A stretch of 64,000 nucleotides of DNA, taken from an uncultured Pseudomonadota bacterium (GTDB taxonomy: Bacteria > Pseudomonadota > Gammaproteobacteria > Ga0077536). This document shows, piece after piece, positions 21,670 through 31,742 of the stretch; position 1 is the first letter of the stretch; each line of letters begins with the position of its first letter. The notes under the pieces are model-generated. The model worked only from the letters and a program-made list of their open reading frames with translations. It did not search any database and was not told where the DNA came from. A program made the translations under genes and the position numbers. The stretch is from NCBI GenBank assembly GCA_913047675.1, contig CAJWTO010000001.1:15412-79411 (forward strand), read 5' to 3'.

Positions 21670-23409
21670 TTAGGCATTATTCGTAATCCATACTGATTGG
21701 TAGGCCTCAAGTCTCAACCTACGCTTTCCTATTTCGAACTTCTTATTCTGTATTAAATCCATCCATGACTCAGTATTAATGAGGTTGATCTCAGAAAGGT
21801 CGAGTATCACGTCATCCGACAACAAGTTGGTGATCGCGAAAATACTTTGCTTACGATCGCTACTTTGACGCCAAACTCCAAACAGATGGCTGCCTAGCTG
21901 CAGCGTAAACTGCGTAGCATTCGGATGGAAAGCAGCCTGTTGAGCTCGTAGTTTCAATAGTCTTTTGAGTTCCGAAAAAAGCAGACTTTCCTTCGAACCC
22001 GAATCTTCAAAACAATTTCTTACCCATTCCATCGAAAACTTTTCACGATTTATTCTTCTGTTGATACCTGATTTCTTTGCCCCCGGGGTATCGTTTCTAG
22101 AACCAAACAAATTGTTGATGTACAACGCCGGAACGCCTTCTAAACAGAACAATATGGTATGCGCCGCGATAAATCGTTCAATCTGGTATATGCCAGTCGG
22201 ATCATCATCCGTCTTTTCAAGAGCACTAAAAAGCGTAATATTTGCCTCATAAATCGACTTTCTCTCGGTACTAACATGCCTCCATGTGAATAAGCTGCCA
22301 TTAGCTTCTAGGCGATTAAGCAAGAGCGACCTCTGGGACTCGGTCAATATACCTTCCGTCGGTCGCATACCAAAACCATCATGGGAAGATAAGAAGTTGA
22401 GATAACTGGTACCCTCGAGTGCGGGAGGCATACTCATACTCCAACTTCTTAATGCTTCGGAGTCGGCAAATAAAAGACTATTTAAAATCAATGGCGGTAA
22501 CGAAAAATTATAAATCCAATGTGCTTCATTTCCGTTCCCGAAATAACTTAAATTCTCATGATTAGGAAGATTTGTCTCGCTAACAAGTGTGATATCGGCA
22601 TCATATAAGTCTGTAATAAATCTGATTAGTTTTATGATGGCATGAGTTTCTGGTAAGTTTAGGCACGAAGAACCATCGCACTTCCATAGATAGCCCACAG
22701 CATCAAGGCGTAGTATCCGGATCCCTTGGTCTACAATGCCCAAAATTATCCCTATGAATTGCTCCAAAACATCTGGATTTGAAAAGTCAAAATCAATTTG
22801 ATCTTCACTGAATGTGCACCAGAGAAGCCTCTGTCCCCCTGGTGTATTTACCGGGCTCAGCACCGAGTGATCCCTAGGTCGGACAACCTTAGAGAGATCG
22901 AAATTTTCATCCGGCGAAAAAAAGTAGTCAGCTCCTGGTTTTTCCCCCACTAAAAATTGCTTAAACCACGTACTTTCGCGAGATCCATGATTTAAAACCA
23001 CATCAGCCATAATTACTTTATTCTTGGATAAGCTCGCAATTTGGCTCCAATCTCCAAATTTGTCGTGGACGACTGTATGATCAATCACTGAAAAACCATC
23101 GTCACTAGATGATGGATAAAATGGAAGAATATGAATTGTATTTATCTCGTCTTCGATGTACTCACTAATAAATTCTGAAAGTGAGCCAAGCGGACTTTTC
23201 CCTTCAGCTTTTATACTGTCGGCATAAGTAATGAGAAGACACGTCTTTTCTGTCCATTTTGATTGATGGCTTTCACTACGATTAGATGGCCCTCCGCCGA
23301 CTCGCTGCGCTAGCCTCTCGGCAAGATGCATCAATGTCTCAGGCTCGCGATATGTATATATAGACTCGAGCCTGTGATAGATGTCGCCTACAATACCCGA
23401 GTCAGTCAT
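21670..23409 (-). CDS. GH13_18 sucrose-phosphorylase-like enzyme, probable glucosylglycerate phosphorylase (YcjM-like)
   Basis: 579 aa. It is collinear with remembered E. coli YcjM over most of its length (LLITYAD, HILPFYPSSSDDGFSVIDH, WCTFSEDQIDFDFSNPDVL, RLDAVGYLWK, FSLPPL, FLSSHDG, GVPALYINNLFGSRND). It overlaps the upstream synthase gene by ATGA. Confidence 0.75.
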   Translation of the reverse strand: MTDSGIVGDIYHRLESIYTYREPETLMHLAERLAQRVGGGPSNRSESHQSKWTEKTCLLITYADSIKAEGKSPLGSLSEFISEYIEDEINTIHILPFYPSSSDDGFSVIDHTVVHDKFGDWSQIASLSKNKVIMADVVLNHGSRESTWFKQFLVGEKPGADYFFSPDENFDLSKVVRPRDHSVLSPVNTPGGQRLLWCTFSEDQIDFDFSNPDVLEQFIGIILGIVDQGIRILRLDAVGYLWKCDGSSCLNLPETHAIIKLIRFITDLYDADITLVSETNLPNHENLSYFGNGNEAHWIYNFSLPPLILNSLLFADSEALRSWSMSMPPALEGTSYLNFLSSHDGFGMRPTEGILTESQRSLLLNRLEANGSLFTWRHVSTERKSIYEANITLFSALEKTDDDPTGIYQIERFIAAHTILFCLEGVPALYINNLFGSRNDTPGAKKSGINRRINREKFSMEWVRNCFEDSGSKESLLFSELKRLLKLRAQQAAFHPNATQFTLQLGSHLFGVWRQSSDRKQSIFAITNLLSDDVILDLSEINLINTESWMDLIQNKKFEIGKRRLRLEAYQSVWITNNA

Positions 23410-24638
23410 CGCTGCTCCTGATTATCTTCTTCAACTGCTTTGCGAAGCCGAAATGCGAGATCGGGAATTGCGGACAAGACGCGGGTCCAAGACGGTATAA
23501 AAGGCGTCTCCATGGGTGAAGAACTAAAGGCATCTCCCGCGATCATGATGTTTTCGCAAAACAGTTCGACCGCCCGCTCCTCGAAATCGATATCATAAGA
23601 CAAGCCATTCATTTCAGCGTCAGTCTGATAAAATCGCACCATATCTAAAGCCATGCGATAGTAAGTCGCTTTTATCGTACGGAAGGTCTCTGCGCCAAAA
23701 GAATTACCTTGAGTAGCGAGTTTCCTTATCAGAACTTTGGTGATATCAACCGACATACGGGATAATCCGGCCCGTCTGTCACTCTCTGACAATTCTTGAT
23801 GCTTATGGTCATATTTATCGGCAATGTCGACCTGGCAGATCCTACTACTCGCCTGATTTCTTTGCATTTCAGACAGGATCCCAACCTCTAAACCCCAATC
23901 AGACGGAATTCGCAATTCCGGGATCAACGATCTTTGAAAAGAAAATTCGCCCGCTAAGATGTAACGAAAGCTTTTCATAAAATCGAGATAGTCGTTCGGC
24001 CCTAAAACACGTTCTAGAGCCATCAATAAAGGTGTAACCAATAGTCGAGCCACACGACCGTTCATTTTTGAGGTCGCGACGCGCGAATAGTAACCTTTAC
24101 AGAATTCGAACTGAAAATTTGGATTAGCAATCGGGTAAAAAAGTCTCGCGAGCAAGCTCCTTTCATAAGTTAAAATATCACAATCGTGTAAAGCAACAGC
24201 GCCCGCTTTTGCGCGTGCATGCACCAAACCGATGCAAAACCAAACATTGCGCCCCTTTCCAGGCGGAATGAGACCTAAGCCCTTTGCATCTAATTCGGCT
24301 TGGATAGCCTTGAGCCTAGGTCCGTCATTCCAGAGAAGCGAAAAGGGCTTATTAAGCTGTTTGAAAAACGAAAAAGCCCTCTCGTACTGACCACGGTCCG
24401 CTTTATCCAAGCCTATAACTACGTGATTTAGGTAGTCTACTTGGCTAATCTGGTCCACAATATTCTGCAGTGCAGGTCCCTCTAACTCTGAATAAAGACT
24501 CGGGAGAATCAGCTCCATCGGTCTATAACCTGAGAAAACTTTTAACTCTGCCTCCATGTCATCAATCGATTTAGTCCCAAAATCATGCAAAGTGGAAACA
24601 ACTCCATTCTGGTGAAAGTCACCCATGAGATACTCCAT
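23406..24638 (-). CDS. gpgS: Glucosyl-3-phosphoglycerate synthase-like glycosyltransferase
   Basis: 410 aa with N-terminal DFHQNGVVSTLH, a DxD-type motif (LHDCDILTY) and a nucleotide-sugar GT-A fold pattern. It is flanked by a MPGP-family phosphatase and a GH13_18 phosphorylase. The start may instead be the ATG at 24626. Confidence 0.65.
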   Translation of the reverse strand: MEYLMGDFHQNGVVSTLHDFGTKSIDDMEAELKVFSGYRPMELILPSLYSELEGPALQNIVDQISQVDYLNHVVIGLDKADRGQYERAFSFFKQLNKPFSLLWNDGPRLKAIQAELDAKGLGLIPPGKGRNVWFCIGLVHARAKAGAVALHDCDILTYERSLLARLFYPIANPNFQFEFCKGYYSRVATSKMNGRVARLLVTPLLMALERVLGPNDYLDFMKSFRYILAGEFSFQRSLIPELRIPSDWGLEVGILSEMQRNQASSRICQVDIADKYDHKHQELSESDRRAGLSRMSVDITKVLIRKLATQGNSFGAETFRTIKATYYRMALDMVRFYQTDAEMNGLSYDIDFEERAVELFCENIMIAGDAFSSSPMETPFIPSWTRVLSAIPDLAFRLRKAVEEDNQEQR

Positions 24639-25443
24639 AAGTATTATGTATTATCGAAAGTGCGCGTCGCGCAGCATCTAACCAACCCAAAGGGGCCGAG
24701 TGCTCTGCAATTACAAGATTATTAGGCGGATTCGCCAGTGCCAATTTTGATCCATCGGGTTTCGGAATAATACAGGCAATATCTGAGGCCTCAAGTAAAG
24801 CTGTATCATTATCGCTATCACCAAAACCGACGATCACTGTATCTTGTTGGTTACCAACAGTTGCTCTAAAGCCATTGCAATAATCCGCCTTGTCGTGGGC
24901 ACCTGAAAGATTACAGACCCGACCTCCTCGATGTAGCGCGAGTCCAGCCCGCGAAACATCCTGGCAGAGCTCGGTATACTGAGACTCAGATCCTTCAAAA
25001 ATTAATAATGATGAGTACTCGCGATTTAACGCTAGTGCTAATTTCTCAGCCGACAAACCCAAAATTGCCGCATGCTCCTTACTGCTTAAGTTCTCCAAAA
25101 AAATGCAATAGTTCTTATGATTAGATACTACAGAATGTTCCCACTCGTGGGCTAACTCAGATGGGGTAAACGTCTTATTGGCTTTTTTATCCGTTACATA
25201 AGGCCATCGATCTATCAACAGATCAGAGTTAATAAGAGCGGCTCCATTTTCGCAAATAAACGGTAGACACAACCCAAGCTCAACGCATAATTCGTCAATT
25301 TCGTTTGCAGTCTTACTGGAGTTTGGAATTAAATTGATACCATTCCGGATTAAGTCAAAAACTTCTGCGCTAATTGCATCGAAAGAAAAATCATCGTGCC
25401 CTATAAAAGTACCATCAAGATCGGTCATGAAAATAATATGCAT
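24619..25443 (-). CDS. HAD-IIB phosphatase, mannosyl/glucosyl-3-phosphoglycerate phosphatase family
   Basis: 274 aa with HAD motif I FMTDLDGTF and motif IV GDSDND. First gene of the three-gene operon; it overlaps the synthase start. Confidence 0.7.
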   Translation of the reverse strand: MHIIFMTDLDGTFIGHDDFSFDAISAEVFDLIRNGINLIPNSSKTANEIDELCVELGLCLPFICENGAALINSDLLIDRWPYVTDKKANKTFTPSELAHEWEHSVVSNHKNYCIFLENLSSKEHAAILGLSAEKLALALNREYSSLLIFEGSESQYTELCQDVSRAGLALHRGGRVCNLSGAHDKADYCNGFRATVGNQQDTVIVGFGDSDNDTALLEASDIACIIPKPDGSKLALANPPNNLVIAEHSAPLGWLDAARRALSIIHNTYGVSHG

Positions 25444-25664
25444 CAGCTTTAGGCATCCGTTTGTTTATCCTCATGATGCAAATTTCGCGCCACTATCAAA
25501 TTCGCACGACGTTGTGATAGATATTTAGTTCATATTTGAAAAGGAGTGGTCCGAGATGATTACTAAGGTCGGTCATTTCAAGACCGCAAAATGCGCACTA
25601 TTCTTCTAATAGAGCCTTCATCAATCGCGGCCAACCCGTTTCCCAAAAACCCATAAATAGGGCG

Positions 25665-26618
25665 TCAGGCTACCTCTTCTAAAAATCTAAGAATAAAATT
25701 CGTGGTTTCCACGGGCTTCTCGACCTGCAACCAATGGGCGGCGTCCTCAATTAGCTCAAGAAACCTTAGATCTTCAAATGAGTTAGTAAACCGTTCACGC
25801 CAGTTAAGATCATACATCAAAACATCGTCGTCACATCCTGCAATAAAGGCTGCGGGCTGAGTGATTAGTTTACCCTCTAACTGAGCCGTTAAACTATTAT
25901 GATTGGGCAAATTGCGATACCAATTAGTAGGCCCTCGAAAGCCATTTTTTCTAAACTGATCTACTTGATAGTCAAAGTCCTCTTGCGTAATCCAGGGCGG
26001 TAAAGTCTCGGGTTCGGGCAATACATCGAGCAAGCGTTTCGAACTAGGATGTTCTAACTGTGTCATCCAAGTACCAACTGGAGAATCGCCACCTAAACCA
26101 TAAGACAGAATACGAAAGCTGCGTTCTAAATCTGCATTAAGCTCATCATCCGCCCTATGACTTTGGAAATACCGAATGTACCAAAACTTATCGTCAAAAC
26201 CTTCCGGGTTAATCGTTTCATCGCCCGCTCTCCAAAATGGGACCGATAGGCCCATCACCGCTGAGCAAGTCGATTCGTAAAGCAAGGCAGTATTCCACGC
26301 AACGAGACATCCCCAATCGTGACCTATTAATTTAAACGAATCATAGCCCAAGGCTTCCCTTATCCCGTCAATATCGGCTGTCAGCTTCAAAATTGTATAT
26401 TCAGAAACTTCTGGTGGGCTACTGCTACCACCGTAACCTCTTTGATCGGGAACCGCGACACAATAACCCGCAGTAACGAGTGGGTCGATCTGATGTCGCC
26501 ATAAATACCACGATTGAGGCCATCCATGGAGGAGGATAACCAACGGTCCATCTCCCTCGACAACTACTCGCAGGGTGACACCGTTAGTCTCAATCATTTT
26601 AAAATTTCGTTTTTTCAT
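25665..26618 (-). CDS. Alpha/beta hydrolase, epoxide hydrolase/haloalkane dehalogenase-like
   Basis: HGWPQSWYLW oxyanion motif and GHDWG nucleophile elbow. I chose the start at ATG 26618 (MKKRNFKMIETNG), which has a GAGGGA SD; the ORF track's TTG start at 26702 adds 28 residues. Confidence 0.8.
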   Translation of the reverse strand: MKKRNFKMIETNGVTLRVVVEGDGPLVILLHGWPQSWYLWRHQIDPLVTAGYCVAVPDQRGYGGSSSPPEVSEYTILKLTADIDGIREALGYDSFKLIGHDWGCLVAWNTALLYESTCSAVMGLSVPFWRAGDETINPEGFDDKFWYIRYFQSHRADDELNADLERSFRILSYGLGGDSPVGTWMTQLEHPSSKRLLDVLPEPETLPPWITQEDFDYQVDQFRKNGFRGPTNWYRNLPNHNSLTAQLEGKLITQPAAFIAGCDDDVLMYDLNWRERFTNSFEDLRFLELIEDAAHWLQVEKPVETTNFILRFLEEVA

Positions 26619-26867
26619 ACTTCCCTCACTAAACTGACTTACCAACACAATTGATTCCGCGCCGTATGCCATATCGTAAGCGCAGACCAATAACACAGCC
26701 AAGTTTTCACGTTTATTAGAGCATTGGACAAATTATCGTAAAAGTGCTCGTTTGGCGCGGATCGTTTCGATCTTCGCGTCGTGATAGAATAGTTTATTCT
26801 AAGTTATAGACGGATCACCATTTTAAAAGACCGACTGAACTCGCAGAATAAAATAGGGTAATAGCAA

Positions 26868-29141
26868 TCAATTTTTATTACGGAGCTGCCGAATTTCATT
26901 TTCTAGGTCTCGAATGCGACGGTCTTTAGGATTGGACAACATGACACCTGCCATCTCGTCGCCCTTCATTACGTAACGACTTTCTCCAGGGGGAGACGCA
27001 ATGATTTCTTCGCCAGCATCGCCCCAACTTCCCATGTACGGTAAGTCTTCGGGCGGGCCAGGTTGCACCCAATCCTTACAAAACTCTTTGTAGGGCCTTC
27101 CTCGAACCTTACGCTTTTCACGCTCTTCACAGCGCGCGCTAATAGAAGCAGTTTCGTCAAGAATTAGAGTCTCAGGGTCAATGATGACCTTGTAGATCTC
27201 TTCGGCAAGGGCAGTTGAGAGGATATTCTCTTCGACATCCTTGAGTACTTGGAAGGGATCTCGTTCTAATACATCACCATACCCTCCTCCAGCACCCTGG
27301 CAAATCATATAGATCTCTCCCTCTGCACACGGCTCAAAACTCATTGCAGCTTCTTGAACGACGTAATCAGCCTCAGGAATTTCTTGTGCATTCATCATCT
27401 CGACAATGTCTAGCTTGAGCGCATTAGGGTTCTCTTTGATTTCCTCAAAGATATTAATTCCTTTTACCTTTGCTAAAGGATAGGCTGGACACCCGTACCC
27501 GCCAAAGACACCGTAAACTGAAGGGTGCTTCGAACCACATTGACCGGTCATAAATCCCCAAAAAGAACTCGAGCGGACAGTTACCATCTGCTCATACCCT
27601 AGACCACCTCTATATTTCCCAAATCCAATTCGGTCTTTCGCGAGTTGTTGCCCAACCAATCGAACATATGGCAATTCTTCCTCAGCCAACTCTTGCTCGC
27701 CAGTATCAGCTACAGCACCAAATAAAGGCGACATAGCATTCTCTCCGTCATTATCCTCCCGCGCTCCCGTTCCATTGCCATTGATATCAGCACAAAAATT
27801 ACCTGTGACTTCTCCATGCTGTGTAATACCGCCATAGATGAACGTGGCCGGTTGATTGTAGTGACTCGCAGATAACGCCGTGTAGCGTTTTGGAAGACAG
27901 AAATACAGCTTAGCGAATAAGGAAGCGGGAATACTCATCGCTCGAAACAGTGGTAACAGACTCATAGCGTTCGGGCTATCATTACTTGGATCAACAAGAG
28001 AATTTCGATTAGTTCGCATCTCTATAGGACTAAAGATAGCCTGATTAACCGGCAGGTCTGGCCAGACATAGAGGATCATATTAGTCGCGAGACAAGTCTT
28101 AAACGCTGAGATGTGAGTATTTATCGATCGGTTCGCCAGTTCAGGACACGCTCCGCGGAAATCAAAGACCATACGGTCGTCATCAATCGTTACCGCCATC
28201 GGCACTTTGGCAAGGAGTGGTTCTCTCAGGCTGTGATCTAACCAGGTATTAATACGTACTGTGCCGTCTGGTAATTCTTTAATTCGCCTACGAACTTCAG
28301 TTTCAGTATCCTCCAAAGTCTTACGCAGCGAACCAATAAGGGCTTCCTCGCCAAACTCTTCAACTACTGCCAAGATGCGCTCGCGCAGTCGGAGTGACGC
28401 ATGTAGTTTTACCTTCATGTCTGCGTACTGCAATTTAGGATCACGCACCGAGTTTTGTAAGAAGTTTACAAGGTCTCGTTTCAATTCGAAGTTCTCCGCG
28501 CACCTAAAAGGCGACATTTTCAATCCCTCGTCGAAAGGAGACTCAGCAATAGACGGCAACCCTCCTGGCTCAATCGAACCATTTTCACCCTCGTGAATGA
28601 TGGTCGCAATCCAACAAATCAACTTTCCCGAATAAAATACTGGGACAATCATACTTTGATCAGTATTGTGAACTCCGCCATAGCGAGAGTCATTATGAAT
28701 GAAGCCGTCACCATCCTTGATGCCGACCGTAGATTCGTTTGTCCAGTATTTATTGATGAATTTAATAGGGTACTGGCAAACTGAGGCAAATACTCCAATT
28801 CCACTTGGAGCAATCTGCGCCATGTCGCCCGAAGATGTGAATACGGCGGTAACTAAATCGCCCCACTTAGCACCAGGAGCCACTCCCATCTTTTCCACCA
28901 TATTAAAACCCTCTTCAAGCGCCGACTCTAAGCGCCCGCGGACTAAATTTATCCGTTGCGCATCAATACCAGCTTCAAGGGCGCGCGTCTCTTCTTCAGT
29001 CCGAGGCATTAATTTGTGATTCCTCACAATTTGCGGATCAGGACCGTAAAATAATTGATTATCGTCTACGAATTTTTCTAATATCTTTTTCTCTTCGATA
29101 CTCAACTCGGTCGGATTCGATGTTACTTTCTTATCACTCAT
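26868..29141 (-). CDS. Hydantoinase B/oxoprolinase-family subunit (acetone/acetophenone carboxylase HyuB-type subunit)
   Basis: 757 aa with HyuB-type core (GAKWGD, IHEGENGSIEPGG...). ATGA overlap with the upstream HyuA-type gene. Confidence 0.8.
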   Translation of the reverse strand: MSDKKVTSNPTELSIEEKKILEKFVDDNQLFYGPDPQIVRNHKLMPRTEEETRALEAGIDAQRINLVRGRLESALEEGFNMVEKMGVAPGAKWGDLVTAVFTSSGDMAQIAPSGIGVFASVCQYPIKFINKYWTNESTVGIKDGDGFIHNDSRYGGVHNTDQSMIVPVFYSGKLICWIATIIHEGENGSIEPGGLPSIAESPFDEGLKMSPFRCAENFELKRDLVNFLQNSVRDPKLQYADMKVKLHASLRLRERILAVVEEFGEEALIGSLRKTLEDTETEVRRRIKELPDGTVRINTWLDHSLREPLLAKVPMAVTIDDDRMVFDFRGACPELANRSINTHISAFKTCLATNMILYVWPDLPVNQAIFSPIEMRTNRNSLVDPSNDSPNAMSLLPLFRAMSIPASLFAKLYFCLPKRYTALSASHYNQPATFIYGGITQHGEVTGNFCADINGNGTGAREDNDGENAMSPLFGAVADTGEQELAEEELPYVRLVGQQLAKDRIGFGKYRGGLGYEQMVTVRSSSFWGFMTGQCGSKHPSVYGVFGGYGCPAYPLAKVKGINIFEEIKENPNALKLDIVEMMNAQEIPEADYVVQEAAMSFEPCAEGEIYMICQGAGGGYGDVLERDPFQVLKDVEENILSTALAEEIYKVIIDPETLILDETASISARCEEREKRKVRGRPYKEFCKDWVQPGPPEDLPYMGSWGDAGEEIIASPPGESRYVMKGDEMAGVMLSNPKDRRIRDLENEIRQLRNKN

Positions 29142-31294
29142 CTTACGTCTCCTGAATCTAGACGATTAAACCAAACGGCACCGTGATTACTACTGTGAAA
29201 ATTCCAGCCTGGCTCAACCAAATAAGTTGTTGCCTCAGTAGTTACTAATGCTGGACCATTTATACTGGTACCCACTATTAAAGCTCTGTCATCATAGATT
29301 CTTGTTTCAACTGGCTTTGAGATACCTACGAAATGACAATCTCTTTTTCCAACAGGTTTGCCATCAAATTCTTTGTCGACCGGTAAAATGTGTGAAAAAT
29401 CTACCTTTTCGACCGTCAGAAACGAGGCTACACGTATTGTATTGATCCTCACACCAGCCTCAGCGGCCTGACTGCCTTCCCCATATTGTTCGCCATAACG
29501 CTCGTGGAGCTTCCTGATCAAAGTAAGGACGTCGGACATAGTCTTAAACCGACGGATCGGACTGACTACCGGTGTTTCAACTCTTTGGTTGCCATAACGC
29601 ATATCAAACTCTATGCGATATTGGATTTTAGATATGTCTACTCCCTGTCTGACAAGATCCTCCCTTCCGCGCAATTCTAACTCCTCTATCGCATCATTGA
29701 GTGTTTCGAAAGTGGTCAACAACGACTTCTTATTTGTGTCAAAAAGAACAGTGAACGTAGACATTTCGTGAATATGCAGCTGATCTACATTTCCTGCACC
29801 AAGCGCGGAGAAGACCGATGCAAATGGAGGCGCTAAGACTTTCCGAATATTCAAGGCATTTGCGATCCCGCAACAATGTAGCGGCCCATTGCCCCCATAC
29901 GCTAACATAGTGAATTCATCTGGGGCGTAACCTCTGGAACGTAGTTCTGTGGCGACGCCATTTGCCATCTGTTGATCTACATTTTCCTTGATAAGTTTGG
30001 CAATCGAAATCGCGTCCCTTTTTAGTTCTTCACCAAGTTTCCCTAACAAAGCGTCTTCAGCTTTTCTAATATCAAGCTTGATCCGACCTTTCGCATAATT
30101 ACTCGGATCAAGGTAGCCCAGTAACAAATCCGCATCGGTCACAGTTGGACGTACGCCACCTTTATCGTAACAAGCAGGCCCAGGTGCAGAACCAGCGCTC
30201 TCTGGGCCAATCTTCACTCGGTCATAGAGGCGGTCATAGCTCGCTATCGAACCACCGCCGGCACCAAGCGTCACGAGGTGGATCATGGGCACGCTCACTA
30301 GCCATCGATCGATTACAGGTTGAAAATCGTAGTGCTTTTCCTCTCCCTCAGTTACAACTCCAATATCAAAGCTTGTGCCTCCCATATCAGTCGCTATAAC
30401 ATTTCCTAGAGCACCATCTAACGCGAGATGCTCAGATGCTGCAATGCCAGAAACAGGCCCCGAATGAACAGTTTGAAGTGCGTCAGTAGAATTCAATTGA
30501 GCCATTCCACCCGAATTATGATTGATAAGCATAGGTTTTTCGTAGCCATTGGCTCTCAAATTTAACTCTAACGTACCTAAACCTTGGTACATGACTTTAT
30601 GTAAAAAACCATCAATAATTGTGGACGTTGCTCTCGCATATTCGCCTTTTCGCCCGACTATTTGGTGAGACAGAAGCATAGGGACAGCACCTAAGAAGTA
30701 ACTGGGATACTCTTCTTGATATATTTCTCTAATGCGAAGTTCATTAGACGGGTTGATCACACTATTAATCAAAACCACCACAATGCTTTCGGCCCCTTGA
30801 TCTACTAAATCCCGTAGCTTATTTCGAACATCATCTTCATCCAACGGCAATAAAACAGAACCATCATACGCGCACCGTTCACTGACCGTTTTGATCATAG
30901 GAATAGGAACAATCGGTTCCGGTCTGGACGCTCGAGGAATATCATGTTTTTCCTCATACGACAGGCCATCCCCATGCCCTCTTCCTCTGGAGCACGGTAC
31001 CGTACTCGCGAACCCTTCGGTTGTTAGCATACCAATACGTGGACCTTTTCTTTCGATTAGAGCATTCGTTCCCAAAGTTGTTGCGTATCTAACCGACTCA
31101 AGTTGAGAGAGCAATGTCGGTTTATCTACACCCAACTCGTTTATCGCTATATCAAGTGCATCATTGAATCCAAGTGCTAAATTGTGATGCGTAGTTAATG
31201 CCTTCGCTTGCACATAGTGCTCTCCCCAAGACACGAAACAATCAGTGAAGGTTCCGCCAATATCAACTGATATACGTTTGATCGTATTAGTCAT
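29138..31294 (-). CDS. Hydantoinase A/oxoprolinase-family ATPase subunit (HyuA-type, paralogue 1)
   Basis: ASKHA-type ATPase motifs VDIGGTFTD and DMGGTSFD. The start is set at ATG 31294 (MTNTIKRISVDIGG). An alternative ATG at 31309 overlaps the gamma stop. The ORF-track start at 31381 would overlap the gamma gene by 80 nt. Confidence 0.8.
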   Translation of the reverse strand: MTNTIKRISVDIGGTFTDCFVSWGEHYVQAKALTTHHNLALGFNDALDIAINELGVDKPTLLSQLESVRYATTLGTNALIERKGPRIGMLTTEGFASTVPCSRGRGHGDGLSYEEKHDIPRASRPEPIVPIPMIKTVSERCAYDGSVLLPLDEDDVRNKLRDLVDQGAESIVVVLINSVINPSNELRIREIYQEEYPSYFLGAVPMLLSHQIVGRKGEYARATSTIIDGFLHKVMYQGLGTLELNLRANGYEKPMLINHNSGGMAQLNSTDALQTVHSGPVSGIAASEHLALDGALGNVIATDMGGTSFDIGVVTEGEEKHYDFQPVIDRWLVSVPMIHLVTLGAGGGSIASYDRLYDRVKIGPESAGSAPGPACYDKGGVRPTVTDADLLLGYLDPSNYAKGRIKLDIRKAEDALLGKLGEELKRDAISIAKLIKENVDQQMANGVATELRSRGYAPDEFTMLAYGGNGPLHCCGIANALNIRKVLAPPFASVFSALGAGNVDQLHIHEMSTFTVLFDTNKKSLLTTFETLNDAIEELELRGREDLVRQGVDISKIQYRIEFDMRYGNQRVETPVVSPIRRFKTMSDVLTLIRKLHERYGEQYGEGSQAAEAGVRINTIRVASFLTVEKVDFSHILPVDKEFDGKPVGKRDCHFVGISKPVETRIYDDRALIVGTSINGPALVTTEATTYLVEPGWNFHSSNHGAVWFNRLDSGDVR

Positions 31295-31301
31295 TTGTAT
31301 C

Positions 31302-31721
31302 TCACCCATGAGTGTGTACTTTTCTTTTAAAACGAGGACGATGAAGCGATTCAGGAGACGGTATGTCCCCCCCATTGTCACGAGCCCATTGAGCCGCCTT
31401 AATTTTCAGCGAGTCAATATCGAGTTCTATGTCTCGAGTCGGAGGATGGCCCGGGACGGTGTATTCAGTCTCCATCATGACCCCACAATTTGGACAATAA
31501 TATTCTAAGAGCGCCGTCCAATTAGGGTCGGGAGAAAACGTATACTCATATTTTTGATTATCAATTAAAGGTTTGTGTATTTCAGTAGGATCTCGATCAT
31601 ATACCAGAAGACCTTCTTTATAGTTACCCCTCGCATCGCCCAAATCATGTCCACAACGCCTACAAATCCAGCGTTCAGTCTCTAGGTTTATCCCTAAGTA
31701 CTCAGTTATATTTATTATCAT
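31302..31721 (-). CDS. Acetone-carboxylase-gamma-family small zinc-binding subunit
   Basis: 139 aa with two CxxC pairs (WICRRCGH ... EYYCPNCG). Spacing and flanks parallel remembered AcxC (W.C.CGH ... EYFCPECG). Confidence 0.75.
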   Translation of the reverse strand: MIINITEYLGINLETERWICRRCGHDLGDARGNYKEGLLVYDRDPTEIHKPLIDNQKYEYTFSPDPNWTALLEYYCPNCGVMMETEYTVPGHPPTRDIELDIDSLKIKAAQWARDNGGDIPSPESLHRPRFKRKVHTHG

Positions 31722-31742
31722 CCGAAAGTCCTCAAAATCAAT

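Noticed and set aside
24619-24638. The same junction string CTCATGGGTGA occurs at the phosphatase/synthase junction (about 24619-24629) and at the gamma/HyuA junction (about 31301-31311).
   Set aside because: It is an 11-nt coincidence created by ...His-Gly-stop overlapping an ATG. There is no extended similarity around it, so it is not a repeat element.
26619-26702. N-terminal extension of the alpha/beta hydrolase (TTG start) that resembles a signal peptide.
   Set aside because: The internal ATG at 26618 has a good GAGGGA SD and yields a canonical epoxide-hydrolase-like N-terminus. The extension starts at a rare TTG with no SD.
31295-31381. An 80-nt overlap between the gamma-subunit ORF and the ORF-track start of the HyuA-type gene, which could look like a frameshift or fusion.
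   Set aside because: The conserved HyuA N-terminus (MTNTIKRISVDIGGTFTD) begins at ATG 31294. The upstream extension is not HyuA-like, so this is a start-codon over-extension rather than a pseudogene.
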